Assembly (NCBI RefSeq): GCF_964204645.1
Contig: NC_134027.1
Coordinates: forward strand, 26,622,560 to 26,686,559
Reading direction: 5' to 3'
DNA length: 64,000 nt
From: Tubulanus polymorphus
Lineage: Eukaryota > Animalia > Nemertea
Shown here: positions 27,281-64,000 of the stretch, piece by piece
Layout of the letters: each line of letters starts with the position of its first letter
Numbering within the stretch: position 1 is the stretch's first letter
Notes under the pieces: model-generated
What the model was told of the DNA's origin: nothing
Databases searched by the model: none
What the model saw: the letters and a program-made list of their open reading frames with translations, nothing else
Program-made: the position numbers and the translations under genes

Positions 27281-27650
27281 CGGGTAACCCTGAATCTTAT
27301 TTTTGTCGTTAAAAAAGTCGAAAATTGTCCATTTGATTTAAATCATGGGCGCAGCCATATTGAAAGTAGGTGGCGCTCGAACTGGATTACATGATTTGGA
27401 TATTTTTGGAGTTATCCCCAAATCCAATAATGGGTAGCTGCCGCCATATGGATGCCCTGATGTGGATATTCTCGGAGCTACCCATTTCTCGATCCGCTAG
27501 GTTGCTATACTGGCGCGCTGGCGCTTCAATTTTCAATTTTCTATATTGATTCCACTCCACCTCTATCTTATAATCATCAAACTCTCATCTCAAGCTCAAC
27601 GGACGCCGACTAATAGTGTCCGATACTGTGTTGTGTTATACATTATTGAG
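27281..27650. promoter_or_regulatory. Bidirectional MCAT/MCM4 promoter plus MCM4 non-coding exon 1
   Basis: Head-to-head genes. E2F-like tggcgc/tggcgcgc at about 27371 and 27511-27525, YY1-like gccat motifs at about 27354 and 27443, and a donor gag|gtgagt near 27650. Confidence 0.65.
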
Positions 27651-27997
27651 GTGAGTGCAGAAAAAATATGCCGCAAAAAAGGCAAAAGACAAAAAGTTGA
27701 AGTATGCTTGAGAGAGAGACTAGAGCCTGCTGTGCTGGTTTTCGATTTTGTAATGATGATGGACAGACACAGCTCTCGACTCTCAAGTCAAGTAGTAGTA
27801 GTAGACAGACTACCAGTCTAAGACCAAGGCCTATATCTTGCGGACCCCTGATTGGGCTGAAAGAAAGTCAAGAGAGCAAAGAATGAAAGATGGTGTCCAT
27901 CCTTGATCCTCCAATCGCCAATCGGCTTAATAGAGAGTTGACTAATTTTAGTAGTGGGTGATCTGTAGTAATAAATAAATTGTAGGGTTGTTGAATA

Positions 27998-35572
<7,575 letters not shown>

Positions 35573-35881
35573 CTTCTCAAATTCCCCACGTCCTGTTCTC
35601 TCTGCATTTTGTATGAAATTTACGCGTCTTGATAAAAGCATTTTCTACTTATTCGTTTATGAGAAAATACATTTCTTATATGATATTGTAAAGAACTTCT
35701 TGTATGTCTATTCAATTCCTGTAGTGGCAAGTGAGTTCAATGTGTTCAAAGTTCAAAGTGAGTGTGTTAACTGTGTCAAGGTGATGTGGTTCACTTCCCT
35801 TAAAAACCGGTTTTGAGATAAAGTTTATCAAAGTTCAAATTAGTAGTCTATTATACTCCTGAGTGAGAAGACGGTTTGAAA

Positions 35882-37008
35882 ATGGCAATTGCTCATCCAT
35901 TTAAACCTAGTTCGCTGAATATACCTCATTACAAACCAAACACTTTAACTCAGCTTGAAATATTGGTGGGTTTTTTTGTTTGTGTATTTGTAATATTAGT
36001 TGGAACAGTATTTTTAAGTCGAAGGTTTGCTAAGCGTAGATTATCTACTGGTCAGTTGCTCACTGTTTGCTGGTTCACCGTCTGCGGGTTCATTCATATC
36101 ATACTTGAAGGATATTTTGGTTTGTTCAATAAAACGCTCGCTGGTAGCCAATGCACTCTGGCCCAAATTTGTAAGTATCATCGTGAAATAACAGAGGATA
36201 TTCGGTAGACTCTGGTTACCTCATTCTCTGAACTCTGGTCTGATTCTCTTTGAGGCAAGTGAATTAAATTCCTAAGCAGTCACTAGTTATCAGAGGCAAG
36301 CAGAGCCTATTGTATAGCCTACAGAGGCCAGTTGCTCAATAAAAGTTGATTAAAGATAAATTGCAGCTGATTGAAAACGATCATAGTAACAAAGAAGTTT
36401 TAACTGTCACTATGTCAAGTATCCACGTTAACTCCAACCAACTTTTGTGCAACTGCAGGCCCCCGGCACAGTATATAAAATTAATGTATATTGATATTTA
36501 TTTTAATATTATTTATACAGGGAAGGAGTATGCTATTTCTGATAGTCGATATGTCATGTAAGTATTTCGTCATAATTTTATCGATTAATTTTTCCGATAT
36601 ATAATTCATTTCATGTACGATCTATTTACTTGTGGTTCTAGTTCCGATGGAATGGTCGTATCAATCGAGTCGTTTACCGCGTTCGTCGAGGGACCGTTTT
36701 GTTTTGTCACCGCGGTGATGTATATTCGCAATAACCCGTGGAGATATTCCGTTCAACTCGCCGTATCGCTCGGACAACTGTACGGAACTATTTTATACTT
36801 CGTTGTTGAATATCTCGACGGATTTCAACACGGAATTTTGTGGCATCCCGTATATTTCTGGTTTTATTTCGTGTTTATGAATATCTGGTGGTTTATTGTG
36901 CCTCTCATTCTTTCTGTTCAATCTATGCGTCAGTTGAGTTCGGCTCAGAAGTTGTACGATAACAAACAAATTAAACCGGTAGCTTTGAAAAATAAAAAGA
37001 AGAAATAA
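35882..37008 (+). CDS. EBP: 3-beta-hydroxysteroid delta8-delta7 isomerase (emopamil-binding protein)
   Basis: Exons 35882-36170, 36521-36557 and 36642-37008 give HPFKP, CWFTVCGFIHIILEGYF, QIWKEYAISDSRY, IESFTAFVEGP, SLGQLYGTILYF, PVYFWFYFVFMN and a C-terminal di-lysine ER-retrieval tail KNKKKK*. Confidence 0.95.
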
Positions 37009-37424
37009 GAAAACTATGTTTAAATCAATACAGTATTGTAGCAGTTTGAACTTTATAGTGGAGAAACTCTGTAATTTTTTATAGTTCAATCATAATACCA
37101 GATGATCTCGCGCCCCTAGCAAAAAATGGAGTGAAGTTTTTTTTTAAATAACCAGTATTCTTGCAGGCACCATTTATAGTAAATTAGAAATATGTGGCAA
37201 TATTTGTTGATTAAAATTTTGACTGGGCCATGGATATCTCTTTAAAAGAAAGGTCATTTATTCTTAATCTACTATCAATCATTTCCATGGAAGTTGTCTC
37301 AATTCTATAATTATATAATATGTAATATTATTTCATAAACAGTTTGATTTGTATGATTAATAAATATTTTGAAATATTTCAATGAAAAAAGAACCAGAGT
37401 GTTTGATTTATTTTTATCGAGACT

Positions 37425-37613
37425 GGATGGTGGCGCCATTTATGACTTTGCGGAGAAGGGTTCCGAGGTCATGTGATCAAAACATGGTTGACAGCCAGCG
37501 ACCAGGAAGTGAAACCCATACATGGATTTATAGTGAATATAGTTGGTTTTTCCGATAATCGTGAAAGGAATAGGATTCACATTTGCAGTTTGGGTCGATG
37601 AAATTAAGGGAAA
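37425..37613 (+). promoter_or_regulatory. Probable DOCK promoter / 5' UTR
   Basis: ggcgccatt (YY1-like), gtcatgtgat (E-box-like) and caggaagtg (ETS) motifs lie just upstream of the ATG at 37614. Confidence 0.45.
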
Positions 37614-63887
<26,274 letters not shown>

Positions 63888-64000
63888 ATTTTTGGTGATG
63901 GCTTAACCGTGGATTTTGATAAATAAAAACGATACTAACAGCAATTAAAACTGCTTCAAACCCATTAACCTGTCTATTGTCCTGATTGAATTTTAAAGAC

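Noticed and set aside
26926-27312. 128-aa plus-strand ORF
   Set aside because: Antisense to MCAT exon 1 with no independent evidence.

Overview
AT-rich, intron-dense eukaryotic DNA from an invertebrate animal (probably lophotrochozoan; this is inferred from gene content and repeat style). It is not prokaryotic, and most entries in the ORF track are exon fragments or artefacts. I reconstructed seven spliced genes by hand: the 3' part of a WASP/N-WASP gene (+), a TSGA13-like gene (-), kappaB-Ras/NKIRAS (+), mitochondrial MCAT (-), MCM4 (+, head-to-head with MCAT), the sterol isomerase EBP (+, only 309 nt after the MCM4 stop) and an apparently near-complete DOCK3/4-type Rac GEF (+, about 45 exons). 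Introns are packed with MITEs (TTAA-, 3-bp- and 5-bp-TSD types), tRNA-derived SINEs, a CR1/L2 3' remnant, decayed Penelope-type hammerhead motifs and minisatellites. The most notable observations are a candidate 21-nt DOCK microexon at the position of the vertebrate DOCK3/4 alternative segment, a U12-type DOCK intron filled with a 41-bp palindromic tandem array, an invertebrate TSGA13-like gene with several stop-containing cassette-like exons, and orphan minus-strand first exons in the 13-20 kb gap. I cannot support a wholly new biological system from the sequence alone. Gene names rest on recalled family motifs, not database searches, and exon edges may be off by a few nt.
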